A stretch of DNA of 11,824 nt from an uncultured archaeon. Lineage in GTDB: Archaea; Asgardarchaeota; Lokiarchaeia; Sigyniarchaeales; SOKP01. Position 1 is the first letter of the stretch; the number at the start of each line of letters is the position of its first letter. The position numbers were made by a program, and so were the translations under genes. The notes under the pieces were generated by a model. The model did no database searches. It worked only from the letters and a program-made list of their open reading frames with translations, and was not told where the DNA came from. This document shows positions 1-8,022 of this stretch, one piece after another. The stretch covers positions 1-11,824 of the forward strand of contig CAYLZE010000137.1 in the NCBI GenBank assembly GCA_964388035.1, given 5' to 3'.

Positions 1-684
1 CCGCTCATTTTAAAAAAGAAGGATAAAATTTCAAAGTTTACCGCGCGCAAATCCGTGCATCTTTTAGCCGGATTAGCAATTTTAACTTCTCCCTTTTATG
101 TTTGGCCGTTTTGGCCCTCTATAATTGCGGGGACATTGACTATTCTAGTGTATTTCAGCTCTAAAGAATCAAAAGTAAAACAATTAAAAGAGCTATACGA
201 TGCAATCGGAGAAGAAGCTGAGGAGAAGGTTGGTTATTTGCAGGGACCGTTCTTTTACTGTCTTTCGATTACATTTCTTGTCTTGATATTCGGATTTCTG
301 GCTCCCGATAGGTTCTATTTTCCTATAGCAGGCATTTTAATAATGATTATTTCGGATACTTTAGCCTCAATAGTGGGGAAAAGATATGGTAAGAGGAAAA
401 TCACGCTTTCTTGGACGAAAACGACCCGTTCCTTAGAGGGTTCGTTAGCATTTTTTATCTCAGCGTTTATTATCTGTTTTTTCTGTTTCTATATCTTTGG
501 CTCTTTCATCCCAAATCACCAAATTCAATTAACTCTGGGAAATATCTTGTTATTTACGTTCATAACATCGATTTCTGCCACGGTTCTGGAGCAAATATCA
601 CCAAGCACGTATGATGATTTAATTGTACCAATCAGCTCTACGTTCATAATTTTTCTCTTCTCTTTACCGTTTCTAATGGCTTAA
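1..684 (+). CDS. CTP-dependent polyprenol/lipid kinase, SEC59/DGK1/VTE5 (dolichol/phytol/diacylglycerol kinase) family; 5'-truncated by the window edge
   Basis: The frame is open from base 1 (PLILKKKDKISKFTARKSVHLLAG...), so the family motif RKxxH lies upstream of the GTG at 55 used by the ORF track. Also SDTLASIVGKRYG (GDxxAxxxGxxxG-like), RSLEGS (KSxEGS-like CTP-binding motif), C-terminal E...DDLIVP (DNLxxP-like) and several hydrophobic helices. Confidence 0.82.
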   Translation, partial: PLILKKKDKISKFTARKSVHLLAGLAILTSPFYVWPFWPSIIAGTLTILVYFSSKESKVKQLKELYDAIGEEAEEKVGYLQGPFFYCLSITFLVLIFGFLAPDRFYFPIAGILIMIISDTLASIVGKRYGKRKITLSWTKTTRSLEGSLAFFISAFIICFFCFYIFGSFIPNHQIQLTLGNILLFTFITSISATVLEQISPSTYDDLIVPISSTFIIFLFSLPFLMA

Positions 685-726
685 TGGAAAAGGAAATTAA
701 ACATAATAATAAAAAATCGATATAAA

Positions 727-2145
727 ATGGTTGACAAATATGATGTAGTTGTCATCGGCGCGGGAACGGGAGGTTCCATAGCAGCTCGATTTGCTGCTAA
801 GGGTGGTCTAACTACATGCTTGATAGACACGAAACCGAGAGGGGAAATAGGCAAGAAGATTTGCGGTGATGCAGTGGGTAACGCGATTTTTGATGATTTA
901 AACATTTCCCATCCGAAAAATGAGGAATTATCATGCCACATTAAAGGTGCCAAGCTTTACCCTCCCTCTATGAAGAAATGCTTGAAACTCATTGACCCAA
1001 AACAAGCAGGATATATTGTAAATCGCTTGGAATTTGGACAGCGATTATTAAACGATGCCTTGGATGCGGGGGTGAAGGATTTTTTTGATAATACCATGGC
1101 ATTAGATTTAATATACAGCAACCAGAAAATAGATGGAGTAAACGTAAAATCAAAGTCTGGAGAGAAAAAAGAGCTAAGAGCTAATCTGATTATTGATGCC
1201 AGTGGTTTTTATTCACCAATAAGGAAAAATATTCAAAGTCCTCTAATTGAGAACGAGATTCTCAAGGAAGATACTATATTATGTTTTCGAGAAATACTAT
1301 CCTTTCCCTCGAAAGATCAGGAAGTCATGGATCCCGAATATATTTCGATAATTTTGGATCAAGAAAAAGCTCCGGGAGGATACATGTGGTATTTCCCAAA
1401 AAATGAAAGTTCAGTAAATTTAGGAGTGGGCACGCTTCCCCAATATAAAGGAATGGTAAAGACTTTTTATAAACAATATGTTTTTGAACAATTTATTAAA
1501 ACATCCAAAATTGAAGTCCTCTCTTCGGGAGGCGGAATAGTTCCCGTTCGGAGACCCTTGTGGTCTTGTGCGGAAGATTCAATCATGTTTGTTGGAGATT
1601 CGGCCTGTCATGTGAATCCATTACATGGCGGCGGAATTGATCCTTCCATGAGAGCAGGATTCATGGCGGCCAGCACTGCGCTCTCTGCTTCAGAAGATGG
1701 AGATTACTCTTTAAATAAATTATGGAAGTATAATCATGATATAATGACCAGTTTAGGGACTGAATTTGCCCCGCTCGATTTATTGAGGATGGTGTTACAA
1801 ATTTTAAGTAATGCAGATTTAAATTTTGGATTAGAAAAAGATCTTTTGACGGGAGGAGAGATACTGGAAATTGCTTCCAAGGGAGCTATTAGGTTATCGG
1901 TAATGGATTTTGCCGTAAAAGCCTTTAAAGGTATATCTCGTCCGAATTTATTATTAGATTTAAATTATTTGAGATTACGAATGCAAGAAATTGCTAAACA
2001 TTATAAAATCTTTCCAGAAGTCTTTAATTTAGACGAATTTAGGAAATGGAAGGAGAAAACCATTCAAATTTATGATAGAATAATAAAAATGATAATTAAA
2101 TCAAAAAGCAAAAATGTCATGTTAAGAAGTGAAATATATGGTTGA
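727..2145 (+). CDS. Digeranylgeranylglycerophospholipid reductase / geranylgeranyl reductase (GGR), long Sulfolobus-like type
   Basis: FAD-binding GAGTGG, KICGDA with the catalytic-site Cys, GGR signature PGGYMWYFPK (PxxYxWxFP), GDSACHVNPLHGGG. Resembles S. acidocaldarius GGR along its length as I recall that sequence. Adjacent to GGGP and DGGGP synthases. Confidence 0.93.
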   Translation: MVDKYDVVVIGAGTGGSIAARFAAKGGLTTCLIDTKPRGEIGKKICGDAVGNAIFDDLNISHPKNEELSCHIKGAKLYPPSMKKCLKLIDPKQAGYIVNRLEFGQRLLNDALDAGVKDFFDNTMALDLIYSNQKIDGVNVKSKSGEKKELRANLIIDASGFYSPIRKNIQSPLIENEILKEDTILCFREILSFPSKDQEVMDPEYISIILDQEKAPGGYMWYFPKNESSVNLGVGTLPQYKGMVKTFYKQYVFEQFIKTSKIEVLSSGGGIVPVRRPLWSCAEDSIMFVGDSACHVNPLHGGGIDPSMRAGFMAASTALSASEDGDYSLNKLWKYNHDIMTSLGTEFAPLDLLRMVLQILSNADLNFGLEKDLLTGGEILEIASKGAIRLSVMDFAVKAFKGISRPNLLLDLNYLRLRMQEIAKHYKIFPEVFNLDEFRKWKEKTIQIYDRIIKMIIKSKSKNVMLRSEIYG

Positions 2146-2962
2146 TGTAATTATAAACGAATATATAGAAAACAGTATTTATGAATATATCATTCAAAAA
2201 CTTAATAAGGAGGGTGCATTGCATTTTTCCTTATTGGATCCCGATCCCATTCGACAAACGCCTAAAAAGGCAGCTAAAATGGCAAAATATGCCCAAGATG
2301 CAGGTTCGGATGCGATATTAATAGGAGGGAGCACGGTATGTGATCAGAGTTTCGTGGACAGGACAATTTCTTCAATTAAAGAGAGTGTGGAACTTCCCAT
2401 CATCCTCTTTCCGGGAGGGATTTCTAACATATCGAAACAAGCAGATGCTATTCTTTTCATGTCTTTATTAAATTCCGAGGATCCTTATTTCATTATCGGT
2501 CAACAAGCAGTATCTTGTTATACCATTAAAATGGCAAATTTAGAACACATTTCGATGGGTTATATAATTATAGAGCCCGGTGGAACAGCAGGATTTATTG
2601 GTAGAGCGAGACTCATTCCTAGAAATAAACCTAAATTAACTGCCGCTTATTCGCTGGCAGCTGAAATGTTTGGACTTAAACTTATTTATTTGGAGGCAGG
2701 TTCTGGGAGTCAAAAAATACCTCTTGAACATTTAAATCTCTGTTCAAAAGTATTGAGTGTTCCCATTATCGCGGGAGGCGGTGTTGATAATAAAGAAGAT
2801 GCGCGGAAATTTGTAGAAGCGGGAGCCAGTATCATCGTAATGGGCACGTTTATAGAAAATAATATCGTCAAAGATAATGGCTCTTCTCTTAAAAGCATAA
2901 TAGATGCCATAAAAACTGCAGGAGCAGAGAATAAACGAGAACGTAAATTTTCATTGAAATAA
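2138..2962 (+). CDS. Geranylgeranylglyceryl phosphate (GGGP) synthase, group II, PcrB-family TIM barrel
   Basis: HFSLLDPD, IGGS, FPG, FMSLLNS, GYIIIEPGGTAGFIG, YLEAGSG, GGG and GT glycerol-phosphate-binding motifs. ATG 2138 overlaps the GGR stop by 8 nt; GTG 2129 is an alternative start. Confidence 0.95.
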   Translation: MVDVIINEYIENSIYEYIIQKLNKEGALHFSLLDPDPIRQTPKKAAKMAKYAQDAGSDAILIGGSTVCDQSFVDRTISSIKESVELPIILFPGGISNISKQADAILFMSLLNSEDPYFIIGQQAVSCYTIKMANLEHISMGYIIIEPGGTAGFIGRARLIPRNKPKLTAAYSLAAEMFGLKLIYLEAGSGSQKIPLEHLNLCSKVLSVPIIAGGGVDNKEDARKFVEAGASIIVMGTFIENNIVKDNGSSLKSIIDAIKTAGAENKRERKFSLK

Positions 2963-2974
2963 ATCCTCGTGGTA

Positions 2975-2981
2975 AAGGAGA
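2975..2981 (+). promoter_or_regulatory. Shine-Dalgarno-like site for DGGGP synthase
   Basis: AAGGAGA, with GGAG ending 5 nt before ATG 2986, in a 23-nt intergenic gap; consistent with a polycistronic transcript. Confidence 0.55.
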
Positions 2982-2985
2982 AAAA

Positions 2986-3858
2986 ATGAAATTAAAAGAT
3001 TCATTCGAGATCATGCGCCCCGTAAATGATATCATGGGGAGCTTAACAGTCATCATCGGGATTTTAAACACCCGAACGGGAATAAGTATCCAAAATATTG
3101 TAATAAATTTAATTCTCGGCATTTTAACCTATTTTTTCATCGCCGCTTCCGGTATGATAATTAACGATATTTATGATTTAAATATAGATAAAGTAAATAG
3201 ACCAGAACGCCCCATTCCATCCGGAAGAATAACCTTAAAGCAAGCAAAAATTTTATGGGTTGCCACCATTCTTATAGGAATGGCTTTTGCCGTCATTAAT
3301 AGCTTGATAGTAAATATCGGCTTTATGAATATAATTGTTGCTCTGTTTTTCGTTTTTATAGGTTGGTTATATGCAAGTTGGGGGAAAAAAAGCGGATTTC
3401 CCGGCAATATCATAGTTAGTATTTCTTTTTCCATTGGACTCATTTATGGGGCTATATTGAATGATTCAAATATCCCTCTATATATTTATTTCTTCTTCTT
3501 AACATCCTTCTTTTTGCTGTTATCCAGAGAAGTGATTAAAGGATGTGAAGATATCGAAGGAGATAAAAAGGAAAACGTGAAAACTCTTGCGATTTGGATA
3601 GGGATTAAAAATGCTCGGTGGATTTCTTTTATATTTGCGTCATGTGCCATACTTTTTTTCATTTTGCCTATTTTTACGAATATCATTAATCCTTTCCTCT
3701 TTTTTATTAGCATGTTATTTGGATTAGTAGATGTTGGAGCAGCCGCAGTTCTAATGGCAATTAAAGAATTAAATAAGCCCAATCTTAAGAAAGTAAGCTT
3801 ACTCCTTAAGGTAGGAGGTTTTTTAGGGTTAATCGCGTTTATCTTTGCTAGCATTTAA
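2986..3858 (+). CDS. Digeranylgeranylglyceryl phosphate (DGGGP) synthase, UbiA prenyltransferase family
   Basis: N-terminal RPxN, first Asp-rich motif NDIYDLNIDKVNRPERPIPSG, YxxxxKK loop, second motif REVIKGCEDIEGD, about 8-9 TM helices, directly downstream of GGGP synthase. Confidence 0.92.
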   Translation: MKLKDSFEIMRPVNDIMGSLTVIIGILNTRTGISIQNIVINLILGILTYFFIAASGMIINDIYDLNIDKVNRPERPIPSGRITLKQAKILWVATILIGMAFAVINSLIVNIGFMNIIVALFFVFIGWLYASWGKKSGFPGNIIVSISFSIGLIYGAILNDSNIPLYIYFFFLTSFFLLLSREVIKGCEDIEGDKKENVKTLAIWIGIKNARWISFIFASCAILFFILPIFTNIINPFLFFISMLFGLVDVGAAAVLMAIKELNKPNLKKVSLLLKVGGFLGLIAFIFASI

Positions 3859-3871
3859 ACTTTTAAAAATT

Positions 3872-3897
3872 ATCCTTTTTCCTACATGAAAAGGGAT
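3872..3897 (+). terminator. Hairpin just after the lipid cluster (possible terminator or 3' stabilising stem)
   Basis: ATCCTTTTTC-CTACAT-GAAAAGGGAT: 10-bp stem with one G-U pair and a 6-nt loop, beginning 14 nt after the stop at 3858. Confidence 0.45.
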
Positions 3898-4032
3898 TAC
3901 TCTCCAATGGTAATTACCCTGTTCAACTAAATAAGATGAGGATAAGACAATTAAAAGAATCCTAATAAAGATTTAAGGACTATCTCCAAAAATGCTAAAT
4001 CTATTGTGTAAAATCTAAACCATTAATTAACA

Positions 4033-4053
4033 ACATGACAGAAAAAGTCATGT
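4033..4053. promoter_or_regulatory. Perfect spaced palindrome, candidate transcription-factor operator
   Basis: ACATGAC-AGAAAAA-GTCATGT (7-7-7) in a 408-bp intergenic region, about 210 nt upstream of the HAAS-domain gene. Confidence 0.35.
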
Positions 4054-4266
4054 CTGATAGGAGGGGGTGAATTATATTTTTGGAAACTATAAAAAATCTC
4101 CTACTTTTACCCATCTATAATTACTATCCAAATTTTCATTAAATCACTCGAAATCAATGTTCTATGAGCATTACGATAAAATAAATATAATGGAATAATG
4201 ATTAAATATAACCCATTACACATTATCATATTTACAATTTTAAAATTTTAAATAAAAATTCTACGA

Positions 4267-5424
4267 ATGAGTAAGGAAAAAATGAATTCAATCGATTTGA
4301 TAATTGAAGAATATCTAAATAACGTAAAAGCTAAACTTCCCGAATGGCTTAAATGGAGAGAAAAAGAGATACAAATTATTTTAGATGATCTTAGGGAACA
4401 AATTTTAGTAAATGCAAAATATTTTTCTGAACAAGCGCAGCTTGATGAAAATGCCATTAAAAAAGCCATTGCTCATTTAGGAACCCCACAAAGTATCGCA
4501 AAAAAATATAAAAAGCGGGGAACTCCAAAATTCTTTATTTCTGAAGAATTGTTCGAGGTATACTTGAGAGTCCTCTCAATTTTGATAGTAATTGTGGTAC
4601 TTATTAACTTCCTGATTGGAATTTTCCAAATATTTAGAAAACCGTGGTGGGAGCTAGTGCTTGGAGTATTAAGCGGGAGTTATATTGGGATAATGATAGC
4701 TTTTATAGTCGTGACCGTTGTTTTTACCTATTTATCCATGGAAGGATTTCTTCCCGAAGATTTTGAAGCATTACCAAAATCCTTTGGAAGGAAAATAAAG
4801 GAATATTCAAAAGAACCCACCGCTGAACAAATTACTCCTGAAAACATTCAATGGAATCAGATAAAACAACAATCAAAAGAAGAAATATCTGAAATCCGAA
4901 GAGAAACAAAACAAAAATTAGATGTAGCTAGGCAAGAGTGGAAAGAATCTAAAACGAAGAAAAAAAAGAAATTTTATGAAGTTAAAGTGGGCGATTTAAT
5001 TGGGGGAGCCATTTTTGGAATATTATTTGGATTATTTTTCATGCTCCAACCCTTTTTAGCCGTATATTCAGACTTCAATCCTTCATTTTTATACTGGTTA
5101 AGCATCTTTGGCTTGCTTATTTTTATAGGAGGAGTATTGAATTTAATCCGATTGGCTATTGGTACTAGCATAATTACAGGGCAACAAATAATAATGGTGA
5201 TTTCTATCGTGATTAGAATAGCGTTCATTCCCCTATTTATTTGGCTTTATGATCACCCGGAAGTATTTCCCATATTATTATTCTCAGGATTTACAATTTC
5301 AAGTTTAACAGGAAACTCATTGCTTGTTTTTCAATGGTTCATCATCTTTATAATAGCGGTGTCGATTATTGGAATGATAGTGGAACTTGTGAAGGTTATT
5401 AGAATGTCTAGCTTAAAAAAATAA
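4267..5424 (+). CDS. Membrane protein with N-terminal HAAS/DUF1700-like helical domain and about 6 TM helices
   Basis: IEEYLNNVKAKLP...ILDDLREQI...AIAHLGTPQSIAKKY matches the YLxxL...E(L/I)xxHI...(L/F)GxPxxIAxxY pattern. Two TM helices, a charged insert of about 80 aa, then four more TM helices. Confidence 0.7.
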   Translation: MSKEKMNSIDLIIEEYLNNVKAKLPEWLKWREKEIQIILDDLREQILVNAKYFSEQAQLDENAIKKAIAHLGTPQSIAKKYKKRGTPKFFISEELFEVYLRVLSILIVIVVLINFLIGIFQIFRKPWWELVLGVLSGSYIGIMIAFIVVTVVFTYLSMEGFLPEDFEALPKSFGRKIKEYSKEPTAEQITPENIQWNQIKQQSKEEISEIRRETKQKLDVARQEWKESKTKKKKKFYEVKVGDLIGGAIFGILFGLFFMLQPFLAVYSDFNPSFLYWLSIFGLLIFIGGVLNLIRLAIGTSIITGQQIIMVISIVIRIAFIPLFIWLYDHPEVFPILLFSGFTISSLTGNSLLVFQWFIIFIIAVSIIGMIVELVKVIRMSSLKK

Positions 5425-5464
5425 CTATCTTTCATGATACATTTCTTTTTTATTATCTTTAACC

Positions 5465-5475
5465 TTTAATTATAT
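5465..5475 (+). promoter_or_regulatory. Candidate archaeal TATA box for larE (leaderless or short leader)
   Basis: TTTAATTATAT about 30 nt upstream of ATG 5503, following a T-run near 5442-5453 that could terminate the upstream gene. The AT-rich background weakens the call. Confidence 0.3.
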
Positions 5476-5502
5476 CTCTCTTTATATTTTTTTGTTAAGA
5501 AG

Positions 5503-6330
5503 ATGATTTCAACCCCTGATTTAACTGGCGAACTGGCTATTAAATTGGAAAAGCTCAAGAATTTTTTCCGAGGTAAAAACGTTCTTGTTGCATTTTCTGG
5601 AGGAGTAGATAGCACTTTATTAGCTTACATTTCTCAAAAACATGCTACAAAAACAGTTCTTGTTACTAATAAATCTGCTCTTCAACCTTTAGAGGAAATG
5701 GAGAATGCAGAGTGCTTTGCACGAGAATACTCCATCCCTCATGTAATAATCGAAATTGATCCCTTGAAAAATATTGACTTTGTCATGAATCCAAAAAATC
5801 GATGTTATATCTGTAAGAAAAATTTATACGAGAAGTTGATTGAAATTAAGGAAAAAAAGGGCTTGGATATAATAGTAGATGGTACTAACATGGATGATGT
5901 TTCGGGATATAGACCCGGGTATTCAGCAATTCAAGAATTAAAAATTGACTTACCCTATATCGAATGTGGGTTAACTAAGCAACATATTAGATTACTGAGC
6001 AAATATTTTAATTTACCCACATCTTCTAAACCATCCATGGCTTGCTATGCCTCTCGAATACCTTATGATAATGAAATTACAGAACAAAAAATAGAAATGG
6101 TTCGTAACGCTGAAAGCTTCTTGAGAAAGACCTTCTCTTTAACGCAATTAAGAGTTAGATTACACGAGAACAATCTTGCGAGAATAGAACTACTTCCAGA
6201 AGAAATGGAAAAGGCCCTTTCACTCAAAAATTTCAATTTAATCAAAGATAAATTTAAAGATTTGGGGTTTACATACATCACTCTTGATATAGAAGGATTT
6301 CGTTCGGGTTCTCTGGATGAATTTCTCTAA
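5503..6330 (+). CDS. larE: LarE-family ATP-dependent sulfur transferase (PP-loop), CxxC...C type
   Basis: PP-loop AFSGGVDS, NPKNRCYICK (C101, C104), DGTNMDD...RPG, KPSMACYASRIPY (C181), QLRVRLH, C-terminal LDIEGFRSGS. Confidence 0.92.
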   Translation: MISTPDLTGELAIKLEKLKNFFRGKNVLVAFSGGVDSTLLAYISQKHATKTVLVTNKSALQPLEEMENAECFAREYSIPHVIIEIDPLKNIDFVMNPKNRCYICKKNLYEKLIEIKEKKGLDIIVDGTNMDDVSGYRPGYSAIQELKIDLPYIECGLTKQHIRLLSKYFNLPTSSKPSMACYASRIPYDNEITEQKIEMVRNAESFLRKTFSLTQLRVRLHENNLARIELLPEEMEKALSLKNFNLIKDKFKDLGFTYITLDIEGFRSGSLDEFL

Positions 6331-6450
6331 TTGTAATAAATGTCATTAATTAAGAAAGATAAAAAAGAATCTTCTCAAATCTAATTGAAGATTTTATGAG
6401 CTAAGCTCCTGCATTTCTTAAGAAAAATTATTACCCAATAAAACCAAAAT

Positions 6451-7848
6451 TTAAGATTGCTCTTGTTTAATAAAATTTATAATTTCTTTCCTTTTATCTA
6501 ATGCCTGCTGTGCTGCTCTTTCAATCTTCTGTTCCATGAGATTGACGGTATCAGGGGTATTTTCTCCTATTTCTTGTTTAATTTTAGTGTACGCAGATTC
6601 TCTAAATCGGGGCAAAACATTTTTCTCTTCCTTCTCTTGAAATATCATTGATACGCTATTAGAATCGTCCACAAACCCTATTTCATTACACTTGATATTT
6701 ACTTCTTTTAAATCTTGAATGATCCTCTCTGTAATGCCCTTTTCACAATATATTAAAAGAGCATCTAAAGAAACCCCTAAATAATCCACATTGACTTTTT
6801 CAAGCAAATTTAAAACGGAAGGATTGACTAAATCACGCACGCGTTCTTCATGAATTGTAACTCCACATTTTGCTTCATAGTTAATCTCATATAAATCTCC
6901 TCGCAAACCGCCATTTGTCACATCACACATGGCATGGATTCGATCTAAATAATCAGCATTCAAAATTACCTCACTAGCTTTAAGAAATTTTAGATTCAAG
7001 GTTTCTTTCGCAACATCATGATTCCCAGAATATATTGCCGTTGTGGAAATCGTCCCTCCGCCAGCGCCTTCTGTCATTAATATACTATCACCAATTTGAA
7101 TATTACGCCGCACCAAGAGATTTTTATTAGCAAGACCCACCGCAGAAATACCCCCCACAATCCTCGTGCCTATTACCATATCACCCCCAATCCGAAGAGT
7201 CGATCCTGCAGTAATGGGAACTCCAGTTAACTCGGAAACCGTGGAAACTCCCGCCATGAAATCAAAGAGCTTGCCAACATCTGCATCATCCGCAAGATGA
7301 ATATCAACCATTATTGAAATTGGTTTAGCTCCTTTTACATATAGATCCCTCAAAGCGGCACGCGTGACGTGGAAACCGCATATAAATGGGAAATCACTCA
7401 ACCTTGAGTGAATGCCTTCCATTTTTGAGACAATTATGAGATTTTGCATGTCATAATTCTGATTTTTGAAATATGGGGCATCCATTAATCGAATTGCTCC
7501 AGCATCATCTAACGAAGAAGGAGATAAGAATGGCTTTTTATCCGTTTCCGAAAGACCAGCAATTAGTTTGTGAACAAAAAAATCTCCTGCTCCTCTGCAT
7601 CCCACGCCTTGTTTTCCTACTGTTACTTTTGCTCCGTTAATAGTTAAAATATTTTTTATAAAAGGATCTTTTATTGATTGAACATCGCTTTTCTTACATT
7701 CCTCCAACACTGCTTCAGATAATTTCTTCGCGTTTTCTGGGGTGATGTCCTTAAAATCTAAATATTCTTGAACTAACCTTTTAACAATTTGCTCATCGGT
7801 CTTTTCCCTCTGCATTAAGTTCCGGGTTAATCCTTCTAAATCAGTCAT
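6451..7848 (-). CDS. AIR synthase-related (PurM/HypE-like) protein, archaeal long form; predicted metalloenzyme maturation factor, function unknown
   Basis: MxDLEG start, GVGCRGAGDFFVH, DDAG, KMEGIHSRLSDFPF, RAALRDLYVKGA, GSTLRIGGD, TEGAGGGTI, DVTNGGLRGD, FRESAYT. Lacks the C-terminal PRIC cysteine of true HypE. Confidence 0.85.
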   Translation of the reverse strand: MTDLEGLTRNLMQREKTDEQIVKRLVQEYLDFKDITPENAKKLSEAVLEECKKSDVQSIKDPFIKNILTINGAKVTVGKQGVGCRGAGDFFVHKLIAGLSETDKKPFLSPSSLDDAGAIRLMDAPYFKNQNYDMQNLIIVSKMEGIHSRLSDFPFICGFHVTRAALRDLYVKGAKPISIMVDIHLADDADVGKLFDFMAGVSTVSELTGVPITAGSTLRIGGDMVIGTRIVGGISAVGLANKNLLVRRNIQIGDSILMTEGAGGGTISTTAIYSGNHDVAKETLNLKFLKASEVILNADYLDRIHAMCDVTNGGLRGDLYEINYEAKCGVTIHEERVRDLVNPSVLNLLEKVNVDYLGVSLDALLIYCEKGITERIIQDLKEVNIKCNEIGFVDDSNSVSMIFQEKEEKNVLPRFRESAYTKIKQEIGENTPDTVNLMEQKIERAAQQALDKRKEIINFIKQEQS

Positions 7849-7901
7849 CTTTTTACCTTATCAGTCCCTTTAAAGATTAATTATTTTAAGCTTGTTTCCT
7901 C

Positions 7902-7915
7902 TCTTTTATAAAAGA
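7902..7915. promoter_or_regulatory. Palindromic TATA-like element in the divergent promoter region
   Basis: TCTTTTATAAAAGA is a perfect 14-bp palindrome reading TTTATAAA on both strands, between the divergent starts at 7848 and 8023. Confidence 0.4.
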
Positions 7916-7965
7916 ATTTAAAGCTAAAATAATTGATTCTTAAATTTTTTATAGAAAGACAAATA

Positions 7966-7987
7966 TTAGATACTCAAAAGGACCTAA
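7966..7987. promoter_or_regulatory. Degenerate DtxR-type box(es) upstream of feoA1
   Basis: TTAGA-TACTCAAAAGGA-CCTAA: two good outer half-sites, readable as two overlapping 14-mers (7966-7979, 7974-7987), each with 2 mismatches to TTAGR-N4-YCTAA. Confidence 0.35.
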
Positions 7988-8022
7988 TTAATTTTTAATT
8001 AAACTCGAATTCAAGAATATAA

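Noticed and set aside
55-57. GTG at 55 as the start of the kinase gene
   Set aside because: The frame is open to base 1 and the RKxxH motif spans this codon, so the real start lies outside the window.
2773-2790. GGGVD instead of GGGIR in GGGP synthase as a sign of altered stereospecificity
   Set aside because: This position varies among G1P-using family members (Asp in A. fulgidus GGGPS as I recall), so it is not diagnostic.
411-5228. Short alternative-frame or antisense ORFs (411-614, 681-953, 2710-2910, 2889-3122, 3171-3443, 3486-3854, 4248-4469, 4974-5228)
   Set aside because: All overlap well-supported genes and have no recognisable motifs; treated as shadow ORFs.
6451-7848. Calling the AIR-synthase-like gene hypE, selD, thiL or purM
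   Set aside because: It lacks HypE's C-terminal PRIC and has family-specific extensions; only the superfamily is supportable.
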